DNA of 64,000 bases from Amoebophrya sp. A120. Taxonomy: Eukaryota > Protista > Dinoflagellata. Below are positions 10,972 to 23,333 of the stretch, piece by piece. The notes under the pieces were generated by a model. That model searched no databases. It was not told the origin of the DNA and worked only from the letters and a program-made list of their open reading frames with translations. How positions within the stretch are numbered: the first letter of the stretch is position 1; the number at the start of each line of letters is the position of its first letter. The DNA lies in the NCBI GenBank assembly GCA_905178155.1, contig CAJINV010000002.1, positions 10,050,650-10,114,649 on the forward strand. The letters are read 5' to 3'. Made by a program: the position numbers and the translations under genes.

Positions 10972-13120
10972 TGGTCACTAGCAAAAAATACTTGGGCGAA
11001 TGCGCACGACATCGATGTCGCGATAGAGACCTGGACTGTCGGGATGCATGCTTTCGTTTGCGGTACACCTCACGAGAACCAACGGATTGCGTGAGTTGAA
11101 AAACACGATGTTGCACGAAACAATTTGTACTGCGTCCGGAGACGGTACTGAAAGCACGACTTGAGGGACGACGAGGGGCTGCGACGTTGCAGCGACTTTG
11201 CGTTTGTACGACATTTCACGAAAAAAAATGAAAAAGTCCATATAGTTCTCTTGCCTTGGTACGGTGCCAACTGTTCGCATTTGAGGGTGCTGCGGATAGT
11301 AACGATCATGAGAGAGTAAAGCTACGCGATGGGACACAGCTAGCTTTTCACTGGATTACGGGGCCGGGCCAGAACGTCTCGCGTCCGCCCCCCCCCCCCC
11401 CCGGCGGCGGGTCTGCGATTCGCACGAGCGGGCGACTTGTCCAAGAGTAAAGGCAGGAATCGCAGTACTACGATCGAAACGTGAGTGACTTGCTGCGTTT
11501 TGAAATACATGCTCTACTTGCCTACGGATCTTGAACGAGCAAGAGACCCGTAGAGAGGTCGCCCGGTAAACGACCAAGGGACTCGTGGGGCAACCGCCCG
11601 GTCGCGTTCGGCGATGCCACCGCCGCCGGCCGCCGGCACACTTGCCCCCGCGCCAGGCCCGGGCGCCGGAGCCCGCCGGCCCGCTTCCGGGTGCCCCGCG
11701 CCCGCTTGCCGGGCTTCCCAAAGCCCGACCGCCCAAGCTTCACGGCCAAGAATGCCGAAGCCGCGCACACCTGCATGCCGACACCCCCTGCCCGGGAGCC
11801 GGGCCCGCGCGGGCCCCGCGGGCGGAGCCTTCAACGCTTGGTCGCCCTCCTCCGTGGCCCGTTCGGAACCCCAAGCCCGGTTGCAAAAGCCAAGTCCGGT
11901 CGCCGGCGCCCCCGCCTCGATCAGGCCCCTTTTACCAGCACCCTTTTTCGAAGCCCGATCGCCGGCGCCCGCCCCAAGTGGCCCACTTGGAACGAAGAAC
12001 GCAACCGCAGCGCGGTCGGCGCATCCGGGCTTCGTAGCTCCCCGGAGAGTCTCGCCCTCGCTTCCGGGGGCGTCGCGCGGCCCTGCCAAGAGGCTTTATC
12101 GGCCCCACCCGCCGCAACAAAGCTTGACCGCAGGACCCAGAAAAGCCCGCACAGAGGGGCCCACGAGGCTAGCGACGGCGGGGGATCTTCGGTGCCACGG
12201 CAGGGGCTTAGTAGGACCTAACTTGGACGCCCTCCCCACCGTTGCTGGGGCCGGGTGGGCCTGTTAAGTTACTTTCTTCTGGAAGGGGTGCCCAAAGGAG
12301 ACACTCTCAAGCCCTGTAGGGATGCTCCCCTGGGCCATCGGAATTTCAGGAAAACCCAGATGCGTAAGAATTACCAAAGTCGGCGGGTCTGGGCCAAATA
12401 ATATCTATGGGAGTGATAACAAAAAAGTCTTTTTATCATTTGGCAAGATATTTTGCCCGATTTGCTTTTATATGCCATCCAAGCTTTATCTTTGAAATTT
12501 TTTTTTTGGAAAATGAAAACAAAGCTAATTTGGTCCAGTCTTAACACGGAAAACCACACAAGATGAAGAATAATGCACAGCATGCATTTATACTCTGACT
12601 TACAACGTTCAAACGGATTAAAAATCACACAGAACCTGAATAACGTCACTTTTCAAAATTTTTTGATTTTTTTTGGCGTCCAAAAACATGGAAAATTTGC
12701 ATCCAATACAGGGTAAAAATTATACAAATGAGGACTGATGTGCATTATTTTTCATTTTGCATTCAAAATGGGGTAAGTAATTGTGATTTTTTTGCGAAGG
12801 AAAAATTGGCATTTTTTTGAGGTTCTCAAAAAGAGCAAAGAAATCCCGTGCAGTCACATGATAATTAGAATATAGTATGGCACTGAGTGTCTATATATGG
12901 CGGCACATTGTCAATCAGTGTAATTATTTGTTCACTTTCTGGCATTTTTCCAAGTGTATTTTTTTGGAATTTTTTTAATTTGGGAAAAGTTGCCAAATTT
13001 CCCGACAATTGAAACAGTTCACATATGTAGAGCGGAGCAGTGTCTCTTATTATCGTGTAGAAACTCAATAACTACCATTACTTTTATCATTTACATGCGT
13101 AATGGTTAACATCACTTCCC

Positions 13121-13320
13121 ATGACCCCACCCTCTCACCCCCCAGAACCCCCCAGGCCCCCTCTGACCCCTGCTCCCAGCCTCCCTTCCCCCAGCCCAGC
13201 TTACCCCCTGTCCCCCAGCTCTCCTCCTGACCCCCATTCCACCTGCCCCTTACTCCACCTACCTCCCTGTCCCCCCCCCCCCCGGTTCCCCTCTCCCCCG
13301 GCCCCCCACTCCTAGGGGGG
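13121..13320. repeat. C-rich low-complexity tract (G-run rich on the minus strand)
   Basis: Many C3-C13 runs separated by short spacers. Confidence 0.7.
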
Positions 13321-13876
13321 CGCATCGCTTTGCTGGAACAGAGTCCGGCCCCCGTCGCCAGGGCGCAACACTCTTGGCGGGCCTCCGCGGCGCGCGCCGG
13401 TTTTCCTTCCCAGGCCGTGGCCCCGCGTTTGCGCTACGCGGGAGCCCGCTCGCCGTTTTGGTCAACCGCCGCAGGCGCCGCGTCGAGTACTCCGCCGCAG
13501 TTAAAAGGGCGCTCGGCAGGCCGTCGTCGCCTAAAACTCCGCGGCCGGTGCCGGTCCTGCGCCGCCTAGCGGACCTCTTCCCGCGCGAGAAAGGCCTCGC
13601 CTCGTGTTCTTGGTGCGCGCGCGCGCTGTTCGCGGCCGACCAACTTCCTTCCGGTAGCCTTTTCGGAGACGGATTTTTTGTATCTCCACCCTAGTCCGTC
13701 GCCGCTCCAAGAAGCGCCGGAAACGACGGGAAGTGTCTCTGCCCGCGTTTCCGACCCCGGGCCTTTTCCGAATGGTCGCCCGGCGCAGGACTCGCACAAG
13801 TTCGCTTGCGGAACGATTGGTGCGCGTTGCAGCTGCGGCATGCGTTACGCTGGAGAAGTGCAGCCCAGCGTGGGGG

Positions 13877-14497
13877 ATGCGGATACGGTTCGGAACCAAT
13901 GTGTACGAAGTCGGATTGCGGCACAATTTGAAAATCAGTACGATTTTGGAGGAGGCGGCTGCGCAGATCCGGGACAAGGCGATGGACAACGCGGCGAATG
14001 AGCCTTTGCCGGTCGGGCTACCGGACCTGCGGCTGCTCAAGAACGAAATGACGATTCTGAAGGGCAACTGGTGCGACGCGAGTCTCGTACCTCGTGGAAA
14101 ATGCTGCGACTCCGACCAACCCGGTCGGTACCTTGCCGTATGAGAGACATGTTGGCCAGAAAAACGTGGTCGCATGTCGCGGCGTGCACAATTTGCACAG
14201 CATTGTTCTCAGGTTGTTGCACTGCGCTTGGCAATTCCGAAGGCAAAGATGTTTTGCATAAGAGTGAATCTTATTCCGGCCGGTTTGAACAGTAGTTGAC
14301 ACCGCACAGATAGCAGCATTGCCTTTTCAGACGAGCACAGCCTGCTAAAGATACGCAGACCACATTCAGAACGTTTTCGCCTTTCACAGCACAGTGACGA
14401 AAGCGACCTCGGCGTGCTGTGCGACGAGCAGGACCGGACGGCCAACTTCTACGACTTGCGCGACTCCGACGAATTGGAGCTGGTGTACATGATGTGA
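13877..14497 (+). CDS. Small ubiquitin-like (beta-grasp) domain protein, 2 exons
   Basis: MRIRFGTNVYEVGLRHNLKISTILEEAA...PDLRLLKN, then GT-AG intron 14071-14394, then CDESDLGVLCDEQDRTANFYDLRDSDELELVYMM*. The pattern resembles Ubl/SUMO-like folds; recognised by eye only. Confidence 0.5.
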
Positions 14498-15223
14498 TAT
14501 AAAAATGGCTTGCAAAGCGCGAATGTGCCCAAGCTTGCTAGTGTTGGCGGATGTCATCTCGTTGCAGTTGACTAGGAGTTGACTAGGAGGGGCGCAGAGG
14601 TCCTCCGCACCCATTGCAACAACAACAGCTCGGATCTTCGAAGAATATTTATTTGTCCACCACTTCACTTGCTTCTTTTCCAACGTTGTCAAAAATTGTT
14701 TAAGTACGATACTTGGAAGTCGATGCAATATTGAAGTATAGAGACTTGTTGTAGAGCTGCACCAAGATCTCCCGGACGGTGGCCGCGATCAATGGTGCCA
14801 GGCCCTTTGATGTTCCGGTTCAAAATTAACGTCGCCTACATTCCGAAGATCCACGGCTGTTTGCAACGTCGATCGGCGCCACAAAAAACCGAGAATCCTA
14901 GATGAATTTTATCAACCTGGTCACTGTCATTGTCCATCCCTCAGTTCCCGGCTGTTTCCAACAAATACTGTCCGCTTTTTCCGTATTGCTTGCGGGGCTC
15001 GGCTCTGTTTTTTGAAATTTTTCCGGTCTGAAAAACTCACATCACAGCGACACGCTTGATCTCACGGCGACACTAATGTGAGTGTAAACGACACCCCATA
15101 AGGAGATTTTGGCGTACTACCCTGTGCCTGATTTCACAAACATGCCCTTGATTTCTACCAACTCCTCTATCACACCATGACACTAACGTAGAACTATTTT
15201 TGTCCACCATCACAAACTCGACT

Positions 15224-18200
15224 ATGTTTCGCAAGCGCGGCAAGAACAAGGGCAAGGTCGCGGCGAAAGCGACCCCCGCGCCCGACGAGGAATCGGACGA
15301 TGGTAAATCCGATGGGGAGGTACTCGCTCCGCCCACAAAATCGAGCGCCTCGAAGCCGAAGTTTCTCGCTTCAACGGGAACTACGGCGACATTAACAGGT
15401 GGGGATACTAGAAGTACTGGTGCTTCCGCGACCGCAGGCGTCGCTATGGACGTGGACTCGCTGGACTTTACGTTTGATCTGAAAGCCAGTGCCTCCACTT
15501 CTGCGGTCGTGGCCAGCGGGGCTTCCAAATCCTTTGATGAAGAGGAAGACGCGGGCTTTCTTCACGAGGATGACGACGACCTGGCGGCGCAACTCTGGCG
15601 CTCGACCGCCGGGCCGGCGACGGACGACGGCGAGCCGATTTACGAAACCGCGCCCCCGGTCGCGCCGAAGAAACCGGCAAGAGCAGGCGGGAAAAGTCCT
15701 AGTGCGAAGACGCAAGCAAGCAGAGACCGACGTGAAGAAGTAGTAGACCGGGATAAAGATGCTGAAGGTCATGATGATGAAGGGCAGCTGCACTCTACTA
15801 CGACTGCTCGCAAGAAGGAGAAGAAGAAGAAAAAGAAGGGCTTGCAGTGGAAGAAAGCCGGAACCTCGAGCGACGAGTCGGATTCCGCGGAGGGGCAGCT
15901 CGATGCCGTGCCGGTGGTGGTCGGGGTAACCACGGATGAGCGACAACAAGATCTTCACTCCTCGATTGGCGGTCGAACAGCCCCCGCAGCCCCCAGCAGC
16001 AAACGGCCGACCACTCTGCCACCCTCCACGGCGGCCCCCGGCGTCGACACGTCCCAGGAAGCCATCGAGGAGGCGCGGGCGGCGCGGAGGGCGGCGGCGG
16101 CGAAATACGCGGCCACGGAGAGCACGCGCCTGACCGGGTCGGACTTCCAGAGCTTCTACGGAGAGAACGACCCGGCCTTCTTCGGTGGGCTCGGCCAGCG
16201 CGACCCTTTCGCGGCGCAGGAGAAGCGCACTAGCAATCTGCACGTCAGCGCCACCGACAGTTCCTCATTTTTGACCGGCGAGCAGGCGGCCGAGGCGCTC
16301 GGGCTGCGCACGACGAACAATCGAGGGCGGAATCCTCCGGGGCGCGGCGGCCTAGGAGGCGCAAGTGCGTCGAATGGAACAAACACGACTGGTGTCAAGA
16401 ACTCGGGTGATCCGGAGGAGGAGGTCGCGAGCGAGGAGCTGCAGGCGCCCAATCTGGCGCGCCAGCGCATGCGCCGGGTGCTGGCTCGGAGGCGGCAGGA
16501 AAAGGAAAAGCTTGGTAAGAAAAAGGACCTCGAGAAGCAGCAAGTCGAGACGACGACGCAGGAGCTGAAGATCATCGAGAACCGGCTGAAGTTGGTCCTG
16601 GCCATCCAATATGAATTGCAAAAGTATCGTACTCGTATAAATGCATTACAAATTTCCTAAGCATGACAAATAAAATTTGTCATGCGGATCTACTCTAAGA
16701 AAAAAATTTGTAATGCATAACTGCAATTACTACGAGTGCGATACTTTTGCACAGGATATCCAAGTGGTCCTGCGGGAGTTCGAAAGGTTTTGCGCGAAAC
16801 TGTCGAACACGATCGAAGCAAAGCGGTTCGGTGTCGCGGAAGCGGAGGCCATGCTGCTCAAGATGGTAGAGGCGTACGCGCACGGCAGCAAGGAGCCGCG
16901 GGAGGAGGAGCAAGATGAGGAAGAGGGGGACAAAAGCTTGGACGCTTTTGCCAAGTTGAACCTGTCGGGCGACCGAGCGGCTGCTTTAAAAAGTGGCGAT
17001 GAAAACAGAGGAGAAGGCGGGGCGGTCGACGGGAAACTTGTTGTCGATTACTTCCGGAGCTCGACGATGTTCACGGCGGCGTCGGACGGCGACGCTACGA
17101 GCGCGGCAACCGCTCGGGCCGTCGAGCAGTTTCATGGCGAACTCTGCACGGAGTTTGCAAAAGACCAGAAGAAGTTCCACCGTGCGTGCGCGAGGCAATT
17201 TGAGGCTTTTCTCTCCTCCTCCTCCATTTCATCTGGCGCCGACAGCGCTAGCGCCACCCCGACCGTGATTTTCCAACAGTTTCACCTGATGCGCGACACG
17301 TTGCAGACGCGCTCGCAAACCGGGCTGCCGCGAAATCTGATTCAAAAGCTGATCAATCCGGACCACCTCGAGAAGCACTTGCTCGAGGCGCTGGTCGTTG
17401 GCGTCAAAGCGGAGCTGCTGCAAGTAGTTGCAAAGAGCGCCGACACCACTTCGGGTCATACTGAGGACAGTCAGAGCACGAGGAAAGAACCCGCTTCGGT
17501 TGTTTTTGACGACACAAAATCAATACCAATAGCGCCGATGGTGCTCCTGGACGAGCTTTCGTGGTACAGGGACGGGCTCCTGCCGTTCTTTTTCTCATCC
17601 GGCGAAAACGCCGGCTCCCCCCAAACGCCGGAGCAACAGCAGCTCGCAGCGAAGCTTTTGTGGGGCGTGTTCGAGAAAACGGTGCTGCCCTGGTGCCAGC
17701 ACTTATTCCTCAATTGCTACAACCCCTTTGTGCGAGAACTGCACGCCGGGCACCTCGGCAGCCGAGAGACCTTTTCGACGAACAAACTATCCGCGCTCTT
17801 CCTCCCGGAAACAAAATTAATCAAGCACACTCTCCTCGAAGTGTTCAACAAAATCCTAACCAGCGCCCCGGCGATGCAACAGACCGTTTGGGGCAACTCG
17901 ATCGAGCCCCTCTTTGTGAAGTTTGTGCGCAACAGCGAGCTTCTGCTGCAGTCGGAAGAAGTAGTCGCACGGCAGCGGGCGTATTACTTGGAAAGGGTAT
18001 CGACATCGAGTGGAGCGCCGGGTGGTGTGCCAGCGCGGGACTTTCGGATCGCGGAGGAAAAGGCGACAAGCTCTTCGCCGACGCACCCGTTTGCGCTTCT
18101 AGTACTCGGACTCCTCGTTGTCGCGAACGGTTGGTATCGGTGTTTCCAGATCGGAGAGGACAGTTACAAGGTGGTCGAGCTTGTTGCGCGTCTTTACGAG

Positions 18201-18503
18201 GTCGCTAAGACCACGATTGAGACCGACAGAACAGGGGGCACAAATCTCACTGCAGCTCTGGAGACGCTGCTTTTCGCTCGAGACCTGGTCGTCAACTGGT
18301 CCGACTACTTGCTCCACGAGCGACAGCAGCGAACAAGTAGAGGATCTGCAGCTACAAGTGCGACGACAAAGACCCCGGTTCACTCGTTTCTCCGCGCTTT
18401 CGAGCCCCAGATCGGGCCGCTGCTGGCGCAAGTTCCCACCTCCGCACAGGCCGCCGATCTACGCGACGAAATTCAGCGCGCCCTGGAACTGCATAGAGGG
18501 TAA
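15224..18503 (+). CDS. GCFC/PAXBP1/NTR2-like spliceosome-associated factor (divergent)
   Basis: Basic/acidic low-complexity N-terminus, coiled coil, then VKAELL...WY...LLWGVFEKTVLPW...YNPF resembling the GCFC domain. Removing introner 16610-16758 fuses ORFs 15200-16660 and 16677-18503 (LAIQ|VVLREF). Confidence 0.55.
16610..16758. mobile_element. Introner element, family E (short, 149 bp)
   Basis: TIR TATGAATTGCAAAAGTATCGTACTCG / CGAGTGCGATACTTTTGCACAGGATA; TSD TCCAA; frame restored. Confidence 0.93.
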
Positions 18504-18693
18504 ACATGTTCCTGGTGATGTTTGTGTGCGACGACAAAATTGTGAAACTACCGCGCCGCCATAAGTGTAAATCAACGGGATGAGCAGGACTCGCATAGGA
18601 CTTCATTTCTTTCTGATCGAAAAAGTGTATATAACGCAAGACAAGAGTAGCAATCAACTGATTTCAACCTGCAGCAGCATTCATGCCACGAGC

Positions 18694-18745
18694 GCATGCT
18701 AAGGAGAAACAAGTGATAGTTTGTTCACTATGATCATGAAAAGAA
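18694..18745. repeat. 52-bp direct repeat, copy 1 (copy 2 at 19968-20019)
   Basis: GCATGYTAAGGAGAAACAAGTGATAGTTTGTTCACTATGATCATRAAAAGAA; 2 mismatches between copies. Confidence 0.9.
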
Positions 18746-19148
18746 TATGAGAGCGTCTGAACGATTATCTAATTTTTTATTCAAAAAATTTGTTTTATAG
18801 CTTTTCAATAGCAACTTTATTGATGCTGAACCACGGTGGAACGGTGATCATTTCGGAGGTGTCTCGAGAACCGTCGACGGAGCTGCTGGATGGTGTATCA
18901 GAATGAACTATCTAGATGGAGTCCCAACTTGAACTAGCTACTTGGATGCATCGCATTTGTATTGGAAATGAACAAAAAAAGACATCATTTTCTAGCGTAT
19001 GTGGTGCTATTTTCAAGGCCGTCCGGTAGGTACTCCGCCATCAACCTTCGCCGGGGCCCCGATCTCGTAGCGCGGGCGGACTCGGTATCGAACTAATGAC
19101 CTGAAAAAGGTATTGGAATTCGGTTGTGAGTGATATAGCCATATGAGG

Positions 19149-19960
19149 TCAGATATAGCCAGCCTCTGCATCGTCCAGCATTTCCGCCATCGCGTCCGCG
19201 AAGATTCCGGGTCGGAAAGAGAGCACGTTGAACATCGAAGTCAGGGAGTGGTCATCGTTGTATTCGAGGACAAGCGGGTCCTTCTGGGTGACAGCTAAGG
19301 TCTCAATGAGACCAAACTGTGGATCACACATCTCAAACAGAGCGTAATCAATCACCGGCTGCATGGTTTTGAGCCCCTCGATGATTCCATAATCGCCATG
19401 CTGCCCACCAACCGTCTGCGCGTCGTGCAGCATCCGCTTTTGTATGAGATGACGACTCTGGGCGATTTTAGTATTCAAATCCTGCGTCGATGGAGCTGGT
19501 GAGCCGGTTGCAAACGGGTGGTCGAGGTGGTAGGACAGTCTTTTGGCGTATTCTTCAGACAGCGGCTCACCGGGGGCGGTTTTGCTCATCCAGTATCCTA
19601 CTAAAAACCAAAGGCGCTGCGATTATTATCACCGCTCTGTAGTGAAAATACACGCATGTTGGCATTTTGATAATAATCGCGGCGCCTTTGGTTTGCATTG
19701 CGTATGTTCTGAATCAGCGCCATCAGGTCGTGGCTGTGGTTGCAGATGTTGATGCAGCACTCCTCGGCGCCTTCCGGCAAAGTGTCGCGAGTAAGCTTCT
19801 GAAGACGCCGCGGGTCAGAAGCAAAATACGCATCATCGTCTTCGTCACTGCTGATGCCCTCGACATCGGAGTCGTCATTTTCTCCTCTTTTCTTCTTCTT
19901 ATCATCCAGGCGCTTGGTCTTGCTCAGCAACCACATCAACTGGTGTTTGTGTTTTTGCAA
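19149..19960 (-). CDS. Hypothetical protein (probably two exons), unknown function
   Basis: Two adjacent protein-like ORFs (19601-19960 with KKKKR and an acidic patch; 19149-19589); no recognisable motif. Confidence 0.4.
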
Positions 19961-19967
19961 AAACGCG

Positions 19968-20019
19968 GCATGTTAAGGAGAAACAAGTGATAGTTTGTTC
20001 ACTATGATCATAAAAAGAA
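19968..20019. repeat. 52-bp direct repeat, copy 2
   Basis: Matches 18694-18745. Confidence 0.9.
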
Positions 20020-20366
20020 ACAGGATCGCAGCGGTTATGATCGTTAAGCTTGTCCATTGGTGATCTGACGGAAAAAAAGCACGTATATATAAAAAATGCA
20101 GTGTGCCACGTTCGATCGGAACTTGATGCAGCAATAGATCCAAGATGTTCGTTGCAAGCGTTCCTGAATTTCTCTCCACTCGAAGTACTGCAGTTCGCAC
20201 TAAGATTGACGGATGATTTTTATATTGATTTGATGACCGCAAAAATCTATGATCAGATCAGTTTTATGTAGGACGACTCGAGTTTTGATTCTTGTAATTT
20301 AGTCGAAGCGTTTATGAAACTCAGATAGCAACCACACACCGCACCTTTTTAGCCCTTAAACTCCCT

Positions 20367-22040
20367 ATGGCATTCTTCCGGAGAACACTAGAATTCATCC
20401 TCGGCAGCACCCGCAGCATGGCGGTAGGAACTTCGACTTACGTCGCTCGTCAGCCCGGCGTAGAAGCTGCAGCTGCCTCTACCATCCAGCCACTTCTTCC
20501 ACCCTGTTTGTACCGCATCGCTGGCACCCACCCCTGGGTGCAACTGCAGGGATATCTGATTTTGCCTCCCGACCGGGCTAGCAACCTAGAGGTGACTTCT
20601 TCGAGGGGCGGGGACGGCGTCCGCCAGAGACGAGGTGAAGATGGATCCGCAGAAGTACCGCCTCCAAACGGGTCCGCCATCCTTGTGGACCCCCCAGACG
20701 CGGACGAGACAAGCATCAGCGCCGTAAAGCACTTTCTGCAGCAGAAAAACCGGACCGCCACCCACCTGTTGCTTACGCATAACCATCTTGTGCAAACCAG
20801 CGACTACGCGAAGTGGCAAAGAGAGCTGGGGGGAGCTCTAACCGTTGTCGCCACCGACGTGGAAATCGGGAAGAAGTACACGCACGAGCTGGTTCTCGCA
20901 GGCGACCTCAAAGATTCGAAATCGTCGATACAAAGAAGAGAAGACTGTGCGCCCCCGAGTAGCTGCAGGCAGGCACCTGTAGGAAGCGATAACTTGAAGC
21001 GTATCGTCGAAACCTCCTCCAACACGTCACTCCATCCGTCGCGTGAAGAGCGCTCAGGGGGTCGTTTTGTCATTCTCAAGAACGGCGGTTTGCCGGCACA
21101 CAAGTGGTTTCCTCTTTTCGAAAGCGTCGGTAGCGGGTCTACTTCTACCGAGCAGGGATCTGCTGCAGATGCCTGCCCGCACTACAAAATTCGCGTCAGC
21201 GCTGCGGTGATCCCCGGTCACCGGCCGGGACATTTGGCGTTTCTGTACGAGCATACAGAAGTAGAAGCGACATCAGATGCAGCACGGCCGGGACTAGTGG
21301 ATTCCTCTTCGGAGAAAGCGGTCGCGAGCTTGCCATCGGTCCCAGGATTTCGTGCTTGCGATTACAAATCGAATGGTTGTGCCCACCTCTCGTTGCTGTT
21401 CGGGGGAGATACCATTCACCCGTCATCCGAGCCCTTCGCGGAGGAAGATGTGCGTAAACAGGTGCGCAGTGTTGCCTGGATGCGGGACAGCATCGGGGCA
21501 TATTTGTGGCCGCATCGTGATGTTCCAAGTGCTGGAGAAAGTGATTTTGTTGACAACGACTCCATGAAACCCCGAGATCAGTACAGCCCTATGCCAGCTC
21601 CCAGCGCCATTCTGTGTACGCACGGGGACCACTGGATCGCTTCGGGTGTTGCGCGTCTGAACGATGTGTCAAATGCAAAAATGTCTGGGTCTGGAAGAAT
21701 GCAACTTGTCATGCTAAATCTGAATCAGGCATAAAACTGTGTTGCATGATTGCCAAAAGTTGTGCAGTTTTGACCTAATCGAGGGGCAGTTTCTCATGCA
21801 GGATAGGCATTAGAAAGGTCTCGCGGAATCTGTCATGTTATGTCCTACATATCAGACCTCATGGGTCATGGAAAACCTGCATGACAAATCTGGCAGTCTT
21901 CCAGACCCAGGCGTTTTTGCAATCCATACGATGGGGACGGGGGGACCACAGCAGCAGCAGCTTTTCGGGCGAAGATGACCGAGCACCTGGAGGGCTACAA
22001 GACCTACCGGAAGCTGAAACGGGAAGGGGAGGAGTTATAG
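20367..22040 (+). CDS. Metallo-beta-lactamase-fold protein (degenerate metal motif)
   Basis: ILVDPP, HLLLTHNH, IPGHRPGH, LLFGGD, LCTHGD. Removing introner 21667-21928 gives the C-terminus LNDGDGGTTAAAAFRAKMTEHLEGYKTYRKLKREGEEL*. Confidence 0.8.
21667..21928. mobile_element. Introner element, divergent family A1 in reverse orientation (5' end TGT variant)
   Basis: TGTCAAATGCAAAAATGTCTGGGTCTGGAA ... TTCCAGACCCAGGCGTTTTTGCAATCCATA; TSD CGATG. Confidence 0.92.
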
Positions 22041-22485
22041 CGGAGCATGATTTGGAAATCTGTAAGCTGCTACGAGGAAAGTGCTGATGTTTAGCAACGA
22101 TCTTTCTGTGTCGACTTTGGCTCTACTTTTTGCCTTCCTTAAGTGTTGAATCAATGTATGTTGCAACATTGCAGTATTTTTGAATAAGGTTTTTGTAGGA
22201 TGAGAGGATACATCTTGTAGGATGACTCAGAAGCATACCCTGCTTCGCACCACCGGAGCAGCCGTGGGATTGTATTTGAACGAGGACTCAGAGAGTTTTA
22301 AGTCTCGATAAATTTTGTGATATTATACTGTTGATGGTGGAGCTTGCTCTTCCAAAAAAGAAACCAAAAACTTAGCTGTTGCCAAAAAACCAAAAACTTA
22401 GAAGAAAAACATATTAGACGAGTTTGGAGTTGCAGCCAGGTCCGGTCGGACAAAGATTTTCGTGATTTGAGCTTTCAAAAAGCCG

Positions 22486-22541
22486 GCAGTACGTCGACAT
22501 AATGTTCCACCATGCAGTACGTCGACATAATGTTCCACCAT
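22486..22541. repeat. Perfect 28-bp tandem duplication (intergenic)
   Basis: GCAGTACGTCGACATAATGTTCCACCAT x2. Confidence 0.9.
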
Positions 22542-23333
22542 GAGACTTGTGTTTTTTCCGTCTCCCTTGTTTCGAAAGCCCCTTTCACAAGAAAATCAAA
22601 ATGTTCAAAGCGTGGCGACGATGGCAAAGTTGAGATCGCGTTTTCATCCAGAAGAGCCCGTTCAGAAAAATTATCAGGTTTTTGTTTCATTTGTTTCCGA
22701 CCATGAAGCACATGATCCGGTTTAAAAATTTCGATTTTGGTCCGCTACTTCTATAGCGAAAATGAAGGTTCTCGAACTTTTGTTCAAAATGATTTGTGCG
22801 AGTCGTTATCGGCCTTTCGTTGCTCTTCACCGCTAAGACTTACTCACTTCCTACCTCTATCACCCACAACACAGGCAACGAAAGCGCTCGAGGACAATAG
22901 GCCTAAGTAGAACCTCCGAGAAGTCGCGGCTGCACCGCGCGCTTCATAGCTTTTCCATGCTTTGAAGAATTTGTTGCGATACCGCCTAGTACCTTTTAGT
23001 TCTACCGAAATTTTTCCCGCTCGATACTGTTTTTCCTGTTCTTTCTCCACCTCTTTTTTTTTCTGTACGTTTGTGTCAGCTATAGAAAACCAGTTCGTGT
23101 CAAAGTATTTTCAACAACTAGAAAGAATGAAAAGTAGATAGACAAACACCTCAGACTACAACATCTTCCCCTAACAACATCTTCCCTCAACAAGAACAAT
23201 TTTCAAGCGACGGAGACACGTCGACCGTTGATATCTTCCGCAGCGAAAAACGAACGGCAACTCCTACAGCAGTGCAGACCTAGCTGTGTTCCTTCCAACA
23301 TCGATCACAATCAAGCAGCACCGCCACAGGACC

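Noticed and set aside
11514-12267. Pro/Ala/Arg-rich overlapping ORFs as genes
   Set aside because: Multiple frames are open because of extreme GC content, and there are no protein motifs.
13300-13320. Helitron 3' end (hairpin plus CTAG)
   Set aside because: The CTAG lies within the C/G-run hairpin rather than downstream of it, and no matching 5' end or Rep/helicase sequence was found.
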